Source of the DNA: Hyphomicrobiales bacterium
Lineage (GTDB): Bacteria > Pseudomonadota > Alphaproteobacteria > Rhizobiales > Xanthobacteraceae
DNA: 64,000 nt
Direction: 5' to 3'
Assembly (NCBI GenBank): GCA_003135415.1
Contig: PLBP01000013.1
Span: 30,601-94,600 of the forward strand
Shown: positions 63,720 through 64,000 of the stretch, in pieces
Numbering within the stretch: position 1 is the first letter of the stretch
How the letters are laid out: each line of letters begins with the position of its first letter
Notes under the pieces: model-generated
What the model was told of the DNA's origin: nothing
The model's input: only the letters and a program-made list of their open reading frames with translations
Databases searched by the model: none
Position numbers and translations under genes: made by a program

Positions 63720-64000
63720 GCGGCTGAAAGGAAAAATCGCGCTCGTCGTCGGCGCCGGCTCCGTCGGTCCCGGTTGGGGCAACGGCAAGGCGACGGCCGT
63801 GGCATTTGCGCGCGAGGGCGCGAAAGTTTTCTGTGCCGACCTAAACCTCGCCGCGGCGGAGGAAACAGCCGCCCTCATCAAGAAGGAGGGTGGCGAGGCG
63901 CGTGCGCATGCGGCCGACGTGACCAAAGCCGCCGAAGTTGCCGCCATGGTTGCAGCCTGCAGCAAAGCCTATGACCGCATCGACATTCTCGACAATAATG
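63712..64000 (+). CDS. Short-chain dehydrogenase/reductase (SDR), N-terminal part (runs off the right edge)
   Basis: Hand translation MPERLKGKIALVVGAGSVGPGWGNGKATAVAFAREGAKVFCADLN.. shows the Gly-rich NAD(P) motif. The ATG overlaps the upstream stop by 8 nt. Confidence 0.7.
   Translation, partial: MPERLKGKIALVVGAGSVGPGWGNGKATAVAFAREGAKVFCADLNLAAAEETAALIKKEGGEARAHAADVTKAAEVAAMVAACSKAYDRIDILDNN

Overview
High-GC alphaproteobacterial chromosome. Gene content and synteny look Rhizobiales-like: apaG-metZ, dcd, SCO, class-I lysK, pyrD, a fatty-acid beta-oxidation cluster, mscL, and murA-DUF2948-hisD-UPF0262-LMW phosphatase-maf. It is interrupted by a ~28.2-kb horizontally acquired island (4111-32353). 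The island is bounded by a 37-nt direct repeat of the 5' half of tRNA-Gly(CCC): a truncated copy at 4111-4147 and the intact gene at 32317-32390. Its left part is a mobility and regulation module: tyrosine integrase, AlpA-like excisionase, a TrwB/TraD-like ATPase, DUF3768, an XRE regulator and a P-loop NTPase. A second recombinase (large serine recombinase, 12037-13590) sits in the middle. To its right is a patchwork of visibly lower-GC, defence-type cargo:
- a ubiquitin-like cassette (beta-grasp Ubl / ThiF-E1 / DUF6527-like Zn protein) preceded by a membrane protein;
- a two-gene operon of a TrwB/TraD-like ATPase plus a UvrD-like helicase;
- a complete type I R-M system (hsdRMS);
- a GmrSD-like DUF262/DUF1524 enzyme;
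- a 798-aa orphan protein with a zinc ribbon and a C-terminal PD-(D/E)xK-like motif;
- a membrane-anchored DUF2726 protein, an MT-A70 methyltransferase and a replication-relaxation-like protein.
Best candidates for an undescribed or poorly described system, in order: the Ubl/E1/DUF6527 cassette (13665-16291), the 798-aa orphan with its nuclease/methylase neighbours (27512-31238), and the ATPase+UvrD pair (16417-19589). All calls come from reading motifs in the supplied translations and DNA. No homology search was possible, so family names are recollections to be verified. Most long antisense or out-of-frame ORFs in the track are GC-driven shadow ORFs and were ignored.
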